From: an uncultured Chloroflexia bacterium
GTDB taxonomy: Bacteria; Chloroflexota; Limnocylindria; QHBO01
Reading direction: 5' to 3'
Assembly (NCBI GenBank): GCA_963837425.1
Contig: CAWINH010000002.1
Location: 425,344-489,343, forward strand
DNA length: 64,000 bases
The position numbers and the translations under genes were made by a program. The notes under the pieces were generated by a model. That model was not told where the DNA came from, ran no database searches, and saw only the letters and a program-made list of their open reading frames with translations. Positions 47,660-56,318 of the stretch are shown piece by piece. Each line of letters opens with the position of its first letter. The stretch's first letter is position 1.

Positions 47660-48061
47660 CTAGCCAAGCTGGCTCGTGCAGTGCGGGCAGCGGGTCGCCG
47701 CCACCGGGATGTCGGTCGCGCAGAACGGGCAGGCCTTCGTGGTCGGCGCCTCCTCGGGCTGGGCGCCGGCACGGCGCGCGGCCATGGCATTCATCGGCTT
47801 CACGACGAAGAAGAAGATCGCCGCGGCAACCAGGATGAAGCTGACGAGCGCGTTCAGGAAGTCGCCGTAGGCGATCGTGGCATTGCCGGCGGTGATCGTC
47901 AGCGTCGAGAAGTCCGGCACGCCAATCAGGCCGAGCAGCGGGGTGAGGATCTTCTCGGTGAACGAGGTGACGACGGCGCCGAACGCGGCGCCAATGACGA
48001 CCGCCACCGCCAGGTCGACGACGTTGCCCCGCAGCAGGAAATCGCGAAACTCCTTGATCAT
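47660..48061 (-). CDS. mscL: Large-conductance mechanosensitive channel MscL with C-terminal Cys4 zinc-ribbon
   Basis: MIKEFRDFLLRGNVVDLAVAVVIGAAFGAVVTSFTEKILTPLLGLIGVPDFS...GDFLNALVSFILVAAAIFFFVVKPMN ... KACPFCATDIPVAATRCPHCTSQLG. Strong GAGGAGGAAGGAG RBS. Confidence 0.85.
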   Translation of the reverse strand: MIKEFRDFLLRGNVVDLAVAVVIGAAFGAVVTSFTEKILTPLLGLIGVPDFSTLTITAGNATIAYGDFLNALVSFILVAAAIFFFVVKPMNAMAARRAGAQPEEAPTTKACPFCATDIPVAATRCPHCTSQLG

Positions 48062-48081
48062 CCCGGGCTCCTTCCTCCTCG

Positions 48082-48960
48082 TCAGGTCTCGCGCCGGATG
48101 GCGCGCGTCATGCAGGTCGGCCCCCCGCTGCCGTTGATCCCGATCTCGCTCGCAGGATACGTGTGCACCTCACAGCCCGCCAGCTCCAGCGCGGTGCGGG
48201 TGCGGGGATTGCCCTCGGCGGCGACCAGCACCCCGGGTCGCACGGCGAGGACGTTGCAGCCGAGAGTCGCGTACTCCTCCTCCGGCACCTCGATCGTCGC
48301 GATCTCGCGCTCGCGGAGCAGGTTCCAGAGGCCCACGGGGAGGAGGGGCGGGTAGACGACGGCCAGGTCATCGGTCACCGGCGAGATGACCGACATCAGG
48401 TGGACGAGGTCAGCGGGTCCGCGCCAGTACGGCAGGTCGAAGATTCGCCCTTTGCCGCCGACGAGCCGTGCGAGCTGGCGGGCGCCATCGTCGTTCGTGC
48501 GAAGCGAGCGACCGATGCACAGCAGGTCCGGACGCAGCCAGAACGCGTCGCCGCCCTCGAGCGTCCCCGGGGCGTCGATGCGGCCGGCGAGCGGGATCCC
48601 GGCGCGCTGCGCCCAGCCGGCGACGAGCGCGGGCTCGGGGCGACGGGCCTCCTTGCCCGGCCGCAGCGCGATCGCTCCGGCATCGCCGATCAGGAGCGGG
48701 TCGTAGACGTAGACGAGATCGGCGAGGTCCAGCTCGTCGGGCAGGGTGTGGATCCGGACGCCGAGCGCCGCGAGCAGCTCGGTGAAGGCGTCGTGCTGTC
48801 GTTGCGCCTCGGCGAGATCGACCGGGTGGCGGAAGCCGAGCTGCGGGTCGTCGAAGGCGGCACCGAAGGCGGGGCCCGGGCGCTTCACGAGCACGTCGCG
48901 GAGCGGCGCGGTCGCGCTCTGCCCGCCGTAGCGTAGCTGCTCCGTCACGCGTGCGAGCAT
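48082..48960 (-). CDS. Dimethylarginine dimethylaminohydrolase (DDAH) / amidinotransferase-superfamily hydrolase
   Basis: 292 aa, intact. Active-site Cys motif ...INGSGGPTCMTRAI at the C-terminus. Fold family pattern throughout. Confidence 0.6.
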   Translation of the reverse strand: MLARVTEQLRYGGQSATAPLRDVLVKRPGPAFGAAFDDPQLGFRHPVDLAEAQRQHDAFTELLAALGVRIHTLPDELDLADLVYVYDPLLIGDAGAIALRPGKEARRPEPALVAGWAQRAGIPLAGRIDAPGTLEGGDAFWLRPDLLCIGRSLRTNDDGARQLARLVGGKGRIFDLPYWRGPADLVHLMSVISPVTDDLAVVYPPLLPVGLWNLLREREIATIEVPEEEYATLGCNVLAVRPGVLVAAEGNPRTRTALELAGCEVHTYPASEIGINGSGGPTCMTRAIRRET

Positions 48961-48969
48961 ACCGTTGGT

Positions 48970-49140
48970 GTCCCACGCAGCGGGACAAACGGCGCACTAG
49001 CGCCGGCTCCCGCGCGAAACGTCCCTCCAGCGGGACAAACCACGCCTGAGGCTCGGCTCCCGCGCGAAACGTCCCACGCAGCGGGACAAACCACGCCTGA
49101 GGCTCGGCTCCCGCGCGAAACGTCCCAGGCAGCGGGACGG
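48970..49140. repeat. Tandem direct repeat, ~50-51 bp x 3.4 copies, each unit carrying a GTCCC-N7-GGGAC hairpin
   Basis: Units start at 48970, 49021, 49071 and 49122: gtccc(a/t)c(g)cagcgggacaaac(c/g)...cggctcccgcgcgaaac. Units 2 and 3 are identical. Lies between divergent DDAH and xth. Confidence 0.8.
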
Positions 49141-49197
49141 CATTGCCAGCGGCGACCCCCCGTTCGGCCCCCGCGACGGCCGCTAGACTCGGAACCG

Positions 49198-49986
49198 ATG
49201 CGGCTGGCGACCTGGAACGTGAACTCCCTGAAGGCCCGCCTGGACCGGGTCCTGGCCTGGGCCGACGCGAAGCGACCCGACGTCCTGTGCATGCAGGAGA
49301 CGAAGGTATCCGACGCCACGATGCCCGAGCTCCCGTTCCGCGAGCTCGGCTACGAGGTCGCGCACCACGGCCAGGGCCAGTGGAACGGGGTGGCGATCGC
49401 GTCGCGGATCGGCCTGGCCGACATCGTCGCCGGGCTCCCCGCGGACGACGGCTGGACCGATGACGGCGGGCGTTTCCTGGCCGCCACCTGCGGCGGCGTG
49501 CGGGTCGCGAGCATCTACGTGCCGAACGGGCGGACGGTCGGCTCCGAGTTCTACGACGAGAAGCTCGTCTGGCTCGAGCGGCTCGGCGAGTGGCTGCTCG
49601 GTCACGCCGACCCGGCCGCTGACCTCGCGATCTGCGGCGATTACAACGTGGCGCCCACCGACGAGGACGTCTGGGACCCGGTTGCGGTCCACGGTGGCAC
49701 CCATGTGTCCGAGCCGGAGCGGGCGGCCGTGGCACGCCTGCGGGACTGGGGGCTGGTCGACGTCGTCCGTCGCTTTCACCCCGAATCCGGCTTCTTCACA
49801 TGGTGGGACTACCGCGCCGGGAACTTCCACAAGAACTTCGGGATGCGGATCGACCACGTCTATGTGACCGAGTCGCTCGCCGCCCGGGCCGTCGCTGCCG
49901 AGCGGGATCGAGACGCGCGGAAGCCGTCGACCTACCCGGGGATCCCGTCGGACCACGCCCCGCTCATCGTCGATTTCGGGGACTGA
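49198..49986 (+). CDS. xth: Exodeoxyribonuclease III (AP endonuclease) Xth
   Basis: MRLATWNVNSLKARLDRVLAWADAKRPDVLCMQETK ... ICGDYNVAPTDEDVWD ... RIDHVYVTESL ... SDHAPLIVDF. 262 aa. Confidence 0.9.
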   Translation: MRLATWNVNSLKARLDRVLAWADAKRPDVLCMQETKVSDATMPELPFRELGYEVAHHGQGQWNGVAIASRIGLADIVAGLPADDGWTDDGGRFLAATCGGVRVASIYVPNGRTVGSEFYDEKLVWLERLGEWLLGHADPAADLAICGDYNVAPTDEDVWDPVAVHGGTHVSEPERAAVARLRDWGLVDVVRRFHPESGFFTWWDYRAGNFHKNFGMRIDHVYVTESLAARAVAAERDRDARKPSTYPGIPSDHAPLIVDFGD

Positions 49987-51230
49987 TCGGCACCGGTGCG
50001 GCGCAGCGCGCCGGCGAGGTCGCGCCCCGGCCGGGTCCGCGGCCACGTCACGGCTCGCGCCCCGACGAACGAGCGGTAGGCGCCCAGCGCGGAGGCCAGG
50101 GCCGGGACGAAGTCCGGCTCCTCCATCGGGCTGAAGCCGTCCTCGAACCAGATCCCGAGGACGCGCAACGTACGGGTGGCGCGCTCGAGGCGCGGCTCGA
50201 AACGGGCGACGAGCCGGTCGCCGAACAGGATGGGGAGCGCGTAGTAGCCGTACTTCCGCTTCGCGGCGGGTGTGTAGACCTCCCACGTGTAGTCGAAGCC
50301 GAACAGGACCTTCGTCAGCCGCCGATCCCAGAGGAAGGGATCGAGGGGCGCCAGGAAGGTGACCGCGCCGGCGGTCACGCCGGTGGGCTCGCCGCCGTCG
50401 AGAAGGTGCGCCTCGTCGGCGAGGATGTGGCGCACGTCGCGGACCCCCTCCACGCGGACCGGCAGCAGGACGCCGTCCGCGACGAGGCCGGCGGTGATCC
50501 GCGCCCGGTCGGCGACGCTGCCGGTGCCCTCGGTGAGGGTGGATGCGCCGCCGATCCCCATCAGGCCCAGTCCCCGATGGCGCGAGAGGAGCCGATGCCG
50601 ATGCTGCTCGTCCTCGCTGGCGTGGGTCGCCAGCAGATCCGCCGGGACGATCCGCTCGATGAGGTCGTAGAAGCGCCGGTTCCCGTCGCGGCGTGCGATT
50701 CCCAGGCGTCCGCTGACGAAGAGCGCCTCCATGACCGCCCGCGCGGCCGGAGTCTCGGCCCACCACCACTCGATGCGCTGCTCGACGTCGCGGAACGCCT
50801 GCGTGGAGAGGACCCCCTCGACGCGGATCCGCTCGATGATCCGCGCGGCGAGCTCGCCGTGCCCCGCGAGGAACTCCCGGTAGTTCTCTGCCATCCGTCC
50901 CCACGTGACGCGGTAGTAGGGGAGCTCGGAGAGGGGCAGGATGTTCAGGCTCTTGTTGTAGAGCTCGATGAGCCGACGCTCCTCCGGCGCCCCGTAGAGC
51001 CAGCGATCGGTCCACGGACGCTCGAAGCTGGCGATCCGCGCGTGGAGCACGAGGTCATGGTTCCGCGCGCCGGGGACCTCGAGCGGGTCGAACTGGAGGC
51101 TGCCGACGCGGTCGATGACGCGCAGGACCGATGCCGGCTCGGCCGGCAGGCTGCGTGGCGGATCCAGCAGGTGGCGCCGGACGAGGAAGCGACGCGCCTG
51201 GTCCGCGGAGAGCTCGAGCGGGGTGTCCAT
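49932..51230 (-). CDS. Winged-helix DNA-binding domain protein, YcaQ/AlkZ (HTH_42, DUF1006) family; putative interstrand-crosslink DNA glycosylase
   Basis: MDTPLELSADQARRFLVRRHLLDPPRS ... VIDRVGSLQFDPLEVPGARNHDLVLHARI ... RVLGIWFEDG. About 433 aa. 3' end overlaps the xth 3' end convergently. Confidence 0.5.
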   Translation of the reverse strand: MDTPLELSADQARRFLVRRHLLDPPRSLPAEPASVLRVIDRVGSLQFDPLEVPGARNHDLVLHARIASFERPWTDRWLYGAPEERRLIELYNKSLNILPLSELPYYRVTWGRMAENYREFLAGHGELAARIIERIRVEGVLSTQAFRDVEQRIEWWWAETPAARAVMEALFVSGRLGIARRDGNRRFYDLIERIVPADLLATHASEDEQHRHRLLSRHRGLGLMGIGGASTLTEGTGSVADRARITAGLVADGVLLPVRVEGVRDVRHILADEAHLLDGGEPTGVTAGAVTFLAPLDPFLWDRRLTKVLFGFDYTWEVYTPAAKRKYGYYALPILFGDRLVARFEPRLERATRTLRVLGIWFEDGFSPMEEPDFVPALASALGAYRSFVGARAVTWPRTRPGRDLAGALRRTGADQSPKSTMSGAWSDGIPG

Positions 51231-51334
51231 CGGCTCACCCGATGCTAGCCGACCGCTGCGCCGAACCTTGACAGGATTCCGGGTAGACGGGCCACACTGG
51301 CATCCACACCCCGAAGTGGAGCAGGCAGCGAGCA

Positions 51335-52048
51335 ATGGAACGATTCCCAGACGGCCCGCCGGGGGCGCATCCGCTGTCGCGCGGCGGGGTGGCGGACAGC
51401 GACGATCCGACCCGGCGATCGCAGCGGCTCCAGATCCTCGCCACCGAGCATTGGAACCTGCTCGCCACCCGATCCCTCTCGTGGAGCGAGTCGTTCAGCC
51501 GGGCCGGCATGTTCCTCACCGTCCTCTCCGGTGCGGTCGTCTCGCTGGCGCTCGTGGCCCAGGCGACCTCGTTCGGGCAGGGGTTCGTCGTCTTCGCGCT
51601 GCTGATCCTGCCGGTGGTGCTCCTCATTGGGCTGGCGACCTACGTCCGGCTCGTCGAGGTCAACAGCGAGGACGTCCACTGGGTGTACGGCATGAATCTC
51701 ATCCGCCACGCATACCTCGACATGGAGCCCGACCTGCGCCCCTACTTCGTCTCCGGCTCGACGATCGATGACGCCGGGATCATCCAGACCTACGGCTCGC
51801 ATGGGACCGGCTCGGTCGCGCTCCACGGGCTCGTGACGACCCCGGCAACGATCGCATTCGTGAACGGCATGCTGGCCGCCGTGTTCGGCGTCGTGGCGCT
51901 CATCCAGTGGCAGATGACGATGCTGCCGGCGGTCGGCGTCGGCGCCGTCCTCTTCGTGGTGACCTGCGCGGCGCAGCTCGGGTTCGAGCGCGCGAGCGAG
52001 CGTCGCTACCAGGCCGAGCACGCGCGACGCGACCCGGTCGGCGACTGA
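51335..52048 (+). CDS. Hypothetical membrane protein (four TM helices)
   Basis: Intact 237-aa ORF. Hydrophobic segments MFLTVLSGAVVSLALVAQA, FVVFALLILPVVLLIGLATYV, and others. No recognized domain. Confidence 0.45.
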   Translation: MERFPDGPPGAHPLSRGGVADSDDPTRRSQRLQILATEHWNLLATRSLSWSESFSRAGMFLTVLSGAVVSLALVAQATSFGQGFVVFALLILPVVLLIGLATYVRLVEVNSEDVHWVYGMNLIRHAYLDMEPDLRPYFVSGSTIDDAGIIQTYGSHGTGSVALHGLVTTPATIAFVNGMLAAVFGVVALIQWQMTMLPAVGVGAVLFVVTCAAQLGFERASERRYQAEHARRDPVGD

Positions 52049-52068
52049 CGGGCGGCACTCGCGGCTGG

Positions 52069-52104
52069 TTGGCACTCTGACATCGCGAGTGCCAGTTTGT
52101 ATAC
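52069..52104. promoter_or_regulatory. Degenerate CIRCE (TTGGCACTC-N9-GAGTGCCAG) overlapping a CTGACA-N17-TATACT promoter for dnaJ
   Basis: Three mismatches to the CIRCE consensus. -10 TATACT at 52099-52104, 13 nt before the dnaJ ATG. Confidence 0.55.
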
Positions 52105-52116
52105 TCTCGGCTCGAA

Positions 52117-53250
52117 ATGGCTGTGAAGCGCGACTACTACGAGGTGCTGGGCGTCGGGCGCGATGCGTCCGACGAGGAGATCAAACGCGCCTTTCGCCGG
52201 GCCGCGCAGCAGCACCATCCCGACGTCGATACGAGTGACGGGGCGGAGCAGCGCTTCAAGGAGCTGAACGAGGCGTATCGGGTCCTCTCGGATCGGCAGC
52301 GGCGCACCGCGTACGACATGTTCGGCCACGCCGGCGTCGACAGCGCGAGCACGGCCGGCGGGTTCGGTGGATTCGGCGGTGGCTTCGGTCCGTTCGGCGA
52401 CATCTTCGACGCCTTCTTTGGCGGGACGCCGGCCGGCAGCCGTACCCGGCGCCGGGTCGTGGCCGGGGCCGACCTGCGCTACGACCTGACGATCGACTTC
52501 ACGGAGGCGGTCTCCGGCGTCACCCGCGCGATCAGCTTCCCGAGCCTCGTGACCTGCGAGGTCTGCGGCGGCTCCGGTGGCGAGCCGGGCACGGAGCCGG
52601 AGACCTGCCCGGAGTGTGACGGCAGCGGCGAGCGCCGTCGGGTGAGCCAGACGATCCTGGGCCAGATGGTGAACATCACCGCCTGCCCGCGCTGCAACGG
52701 CGAGGGCACGGTCGTGGGGACTCCCTGCGAGCATTGCCACGGTGACGGCCGGGTCCGACAGGAGCGTCGCCTCGAGGTGGCCGTCCCGGCCGGGATCGAT
52801 TCCGGGCAGCGGATTGCGCTCGAGGGCCAGGGCGAGGCCGGGCCGCGGGGCGGGCCCGCGGGCGACCTCTACGTCGTCATCACCGTCCGGGATCACCCTG
52901 AGCTCCTGCGGCGCGGCACCGAGCTCTACCACGAGCTGCCCGTCACCTTCGCGCAGGCCGCGCTGGGGGCGACGCTCGAGGTGCCCACGGTCGAGGGAAC
53001 CGAGCCCATCGAGGTGTCCGCCGGCACGCAGTCGGGCGCCGAGATCCGGCTGCGCGGCAGGGGTGTGCCGCGGGTGCGCGGCGGCGGCCGGGGAGACCTC
53101 CACGTCATCGTGACCGTGGTGGTTCCGCCCAAGCTCACGAAGAAGGAGCGCGAGCTGCTCAGACAGCTCGACGAGGTGAGCGCACCGGCCGTGCTGCCCA
53201 AGGGTGGCGCCGGGCTCTTCGACCGCGTGCGCGACTTCTTCGGCGGCTGA
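52117..53250 (+). CDS. dnaJ: Molecular chaperone DnaJ
   Basis: J domain [33 protein letters not shown] region, four CxxCxGxG zinc-finger repeats, C-terminal domains. 377 aa. Confidence 0.95.
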   Translation: MAVKRDYYEVLGVGRDASDEEIKRAFRRAAQQHHPDVDTSDGAEQRFKELNEAYRVLSDRQRRTAYDMFGHAGVDSASTAGGFGGFGGGFGPFGDIFDAFFGGTPAGSRTRRRVVAGADLRYDLTIDFTEAVSGVTRAISFPSLVTCEVCGGSGGEPGTEPETCPECDGSGERRRVSQTILGQMVNITACPRCNGEGTVVGTPCEHCHGDGRVRQERRLEVAVPAGIDSGQRIALEGQGEAGPRGGPAGDLYVVITVRDHPELLRRGTELYHELPVTFAQAALGATLEVPTVEGTEPIEVSAGTQSGAEIRLRGRGVPRVRGGGRGDLHVIVTVVVPPKLTKKERELLRQLDEVSAPAVLPKGGAGLFDRVRDFFGG

Positions 53251-53272
53251 CCGGACCGCTGAGCCGACCATC

Positions 53273-54181
53273 GTGCGCTGGCTGGAGCTGACGGTCACCG
53301 CGGACGTCGAGGCGGTCGAGGCGGTCAGCGAGATCCTGGGGCGCGTGGCTGCCGGCACCGCCGTCCGGCCCACGCGCCTCATCCGCGATCCGGATGACGA
53401 GCTCGCGGCGCGCGAGGACCCGACCGCACCGTACGAGGTGACCGCCCACATTCCCGATGACGGGGCCGCCCCGGCAAACGTCGAGGCCACCGAGCGCGCC
53501 CTCTGGCATCTCCAGGCCTTCGGGCTGCGACCGGTCGGGGAGCTGCTCGTAAGGCCCGTGGACGATGCCGAATGGACCGATGCGTGGAAGGCGGGCTACG
53601 CGCCGCAGCGCATTGGCCGGGTCGTGATCGTGCCGTCCTGGCTGGACGAGCCGATGGCGCCCGGCGAGGTCGCCGTGCGCCTCGACCCCGGAATGGCCTT
53701 CGGCACTGGCCTGCACCCCACGACCCGTGGCTGCCTTTCGTTGCTCCAGGGGGTTTCGCCGATGCCGGTGCGGGCGCTCGACGTCGGCTCCGGGTCCGGC
53801 ATCCTGGCGCTCGTCGCGCTGCGACTGGGCGCGGAGCGCGCCGATTGCCTCGACACCGATCCGGTGGCGGTCGAGACGACCCTGGCCAACGCGGAGGCGA
53901 ACGCCCTCGCCGATCGCGTCGCCGCGCGTGCGGGCAGCCTGACCGGCGGTCCGGTGGCGGACCCGTACCCGCTCGTCCTCGCCAACCTCGTGGCGTCCGT
54001 GCTGGTTCAGCTCGCCGGTCCGCTCGCGGCGCACACCGCCCGAGGTGGCACGCTGATCGCGGGCGGGATCATCGCCGAGCGCGGTGACGAGGTGATCACC
54101 GCGCTGACCGCGGCCGGGCTCTCGCTCATCGAGCGCCGCGACGACGGCGAGTGGGTCGCGCTCCGGATGGTCCGGGGATGA
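53273..54181 (+). CDS. prmA: Ribosomal protein L11 methyltransferase PrmA
   Basis: VRWLELTVTADVEAVEAVSEIL ... SWLDEPMAPGEVAVRLDPGMAFGTGLHPTTRGCLSLLQ ... LDVGSGSGILALVALRLGA ... classic dnaJ-prmA order. Confidence 0.85.
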   Translation: MRWLELTVTADVEAVEAVSEILGRVAAGTAVRPTRLIRDPDDELAAREDPTAPYEVTAHIPDDGAAPANVEATERALWHLQAFGLRPVGELLVRPVDDAEWTDAWKAGYAPQRIGRVVIVPSWLDEPMAPGEVAVRLDPGMAFGTGLHPTTRGCLSLLQGVSPMPVRALDVGSGSGILALVALRLGAERADCLDTDPVAVETTLANAEANALADRVAARAGSLTGGPVADPYPLVLANLVASVLVQLAGPLAAHTARGGTLIAGGIIAERGDEVITALTAAGLSLIERRDDGEWVALRMVRG

Positions 54182-54867
54182 CTCTGCACCGGTTCTTCGT
54201 CTCGCCCGCGGAGATGGCCGGGGAGCGCTTTCCGCTGCCGGCCGACGTCACGCACCAGGTGCGTCGCGTTCTGCGGCTCCACGACGGGGAGCACCTCGTC
54301 CTTCTCGACGGCGCCGGGGAGGAGGTCACCTGCCGGCTCGAGGGCGGGTCCTGCGTCGTCGAGTCGCGGCGTGCGGCCGGCGGCGAGCCGGCGCATCGGC
54401 TCACGGTCTGGCAGGCGCTCCTCCGAGGCGACCACCTCGAGCCGGTGGTGCGCCACGGGACGGAGCTCGGGATCGCGCGTTTCGGACTCTTCGTCAGCGA
54501 GCGCTGCGTGGCACGTGACCTCTCGACGCGCCGGCTCGAGCGGCTGCGGGCGGTCGCACGCGAGGCGGCCGAGCAGTCGGAGCGGGGGATCGTCCCGGAG
54601 GTCTCGGCGCCGGTGCCGTTTGCGGAAGCGCTGCGCGGACCATCGGTCCTGCTCGATCCGCGGGCCGAGGCTCCGCACCTTTCCGAGCTGGCCCCGCCGA
54701 TCAGCGTCGTCATCGGCCCGGAGGGAGGGTTCACGCCGGACGAGGTGGCGGCCGCCGAGCGGGCGGGCCTGCAGGTCGCCGGGCTTGGACCGCGGATCCT
54801 GCGTTCCGAGACGGTCGCCGTGGCGGTTGCCGCCGCGATCTTGTCGCGGACCGGGGACTTCGCCTAG
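54178..54867 (+). CDS. rsmE: 16S rRNA (uracil1498-N3)-methyltransferase RsmE
   Basis: MTLHRFFVSPAEMAGERFPLPADVTHQVRRVLRLHDGEHLVLLDGAG ... VIGPEGGFTPDEVAAAERAGLQVAGLGPRILRSETVAVAVAAAIL. Confidence 0.85.
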   Translation: MTLHRFFVSPAEMAGERFPLPADVTHQVRRVLRLHDGEHLVLLDGAGEEVTCRLEGGSCVVESRRAAGGEPAHRLTVWQALLRGDHLEPVVRHGTELGIARFGLFVSERCVARDLSTRRLERLRAVAREAAEQSERGIVPEVSAPVPFAEALRGPSVLLDPRAEAPHLSELAPPISVVIGPEGGFTPDEVAAAERAGLQVAGLGPRILRSETVAVAVAAAILSRTGDFA

Positions 54868-54877
54868 GCTGCCGGGC

Positions 54878-55228
54878 ATGGCAGATATCGATCCGGACTG
54901 CATCTTCTGCAAGATCGCGGCGAAGGAGATCCCCTCGGAGATCGTCTACGAGAACGACGCGGTCGTCGTCTTCCGCGACCTCTCCCCGCGTGCACCGACC
55001 CACGTGCTCGCCATCCCGCGACGGCACCTCGCATCGGTGGCCGACCTCACCGACGCCGATGGCGAGCTGCTCGCCGCACTCTTCGCCGCGATGCGTCGGG
55101 TGGCGGATGACGCTGGCCTGGAAGGCTATCGGATCGTGAGCAACGTGGGCCCCGAGTCGGGGCAGAGCGTCTTCCACCTCCACTTCCACCTGCTGGGCGG
55201 TAGGCGCATGACCTGGCCGCCCGGCTGA
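54878..55228 (+). CDS. HIT family (histidine triad, HinT-like) protein
   Basis: MADIDPDCIFCKIAAKEIPSEIVYENDAVVVFRDLSPRAPTHVLAIPRRH ... VFHLHFHLLGG. Confidence 0.9.
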   Translation: MADIDPDCIFCKIAAKEIPSEIVYENDAVVVFRDLSPRAPTHVLAIPRRHLASVADLTDADGELLAALFAAMRRVADDAGLEGYRIVSNVGPESGQSVFHLHFHLLGGRRMTWPPG

Positions 55229-55231
55229 GCT

Positions 55232-55885
55232 GTGCGCCGCGGCAAGTCGGTGGACACCCCAAGGGTGCGCGACTTCGTCGTCCGACTGCGAGAGGGCGTG
55301 GATGATCGGTTCATCGCGACGCTCACCGGGGCAAGGCTGGTCGCTGCGGGCGAGGCTGCAACGATCCCGGGAATGGTCGCATTCCCGATCGACCGCGGCG
55401 CCATCGCACCGACGCGCCTTTCGGGGTTCGAGATTCAGAAGATCACCGATGGCGCTGGTCTCGAGGCGCATCGCAGGATGGTTGCCGAGGGCTTCGGGTC
55501 CGATCCCGCAGTTGCGTCGGGGACGATCTGTGCGGAGCTGCTCAACCGTTCCGAAGGCGCCGGATACGTCGGGTACCTCGACGGCGAGCCGGTCGTCTCC
55601 GGGCTGGGTTGGCGAACCGGGCGGACGATCGGGGTGTACTCGATCGCAACGATTCCGGCGGCGCGGCGACACGGCTACGGCGCGGCGATGACCGCTCGCG
55701 TCGTGACTGACGGTCTGGCAGCCGGGTGCGAGGTCGCTGCCCTCCAGGCGAGTGTTCTCGGTCGGCCGATCTACGAGCGGCTGGGATTCGAGGTCGCTGT
55801 CCGCTACGCCACCTACCAGCACCCGCCGAAAACGTCGACCCGGACCGGCGCGACGCTCGGGCCATTGACATCGGATCTGGCGTGA
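55232..55885 (+). CDS. GNAT family N-acetyltransferase
   Basis: ...GYLDGEPVVSGLGWRTGRTIGVYSIATIPAARRHGYGAAMTARVVTDGLAAGCEVAALQASVLGRPIYERLGFE. Confidence 0.6.
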   Translation: MRRGKSVDTPRVRDFVVRLREGVDDRFIATLTGARLVAAGEAATIPGMVAFPIDRGAIAPTRLSGFEIQKITDGAGLEAHRRMVAEGFGSDPAVASGTICAELLNRSEGAGYVGYLDGEPVVSGLGWRTGRTIGVYSIATIPAARRHGYGAAMTARVVTDGLAAGCEVAALQASVLGRPIYERLGFEVAVRYATYQHPPKTSTRTGATLGPLTSDLA

Positions 55886-55901
55886 GGCCAATACTTCTCG
55901 A

Positions 55902-56318
55902 ATGGTCGCCACGACCGATTCACGTACGCCCAGCAGGCGGAGTCCCACGAGCTTCCGAGCGTGGCTGCTGCTCGTCGCGGTGGCGGCGGTAGTCGTGCTC
56001 GGCATCTTCGGAGCGCGGGCGATCCTCGGTGGTCCCCAGCTGTCCTCGAGCGCCGGCGCCTGCACCGAGGTGACGAGCGCAGCCTGCCGACCGTTTCTTG
56101 ATGCGGTGTACGAGAACCTGGGCGGGCAAGGGAGCGAAGTCGCATCGGTTCGTGGCGGTCCGTGGTGCGGCCAGGACAGCTGCCAGGTCCTGTTCGGGGG
56201 CGAGGCGCTCCGGCTCCGCGTCACGTTCTACGACGGCACCATCGAAGAGTTCTCGTGCTGGCGCTCTCCGCTTGCGAAACCATCATGCGAACCGGCGGAT
56301 TCTCCTGAGGGACATTGA
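55902..56318 (+). CDS. Hypothetical membrane-anchored/secreted Cys-containing protein
   Basis: N-terminal TM FRAWLLLVAVAAVVVLGIFGA. Six Cys. No recognized domain. Confidence 0.4.
   Translation: MVATTDSRTPSRRSPTSFRAWLLLVAVAAVVVLGIFGARAILGGPQLSSSAGACTEVTSAACRPFLDAVYENLGGQGSEVASVRGGPWCGQDSCQVLFGGEALRLRVTFYDGTIEEFSCWRSPLAKPSCEPADSPEGH

Noticed and set aside
48970-49140. CRISPR array
   Set aside because: The periodicity and palindromic cores look CRISPR-like, but the inter-palindrome segments are identical between units (no unique spacers). The unit is 50 bp, not a repeat-plus-spacer of 60-70 bp. No cas genes are adjacent.
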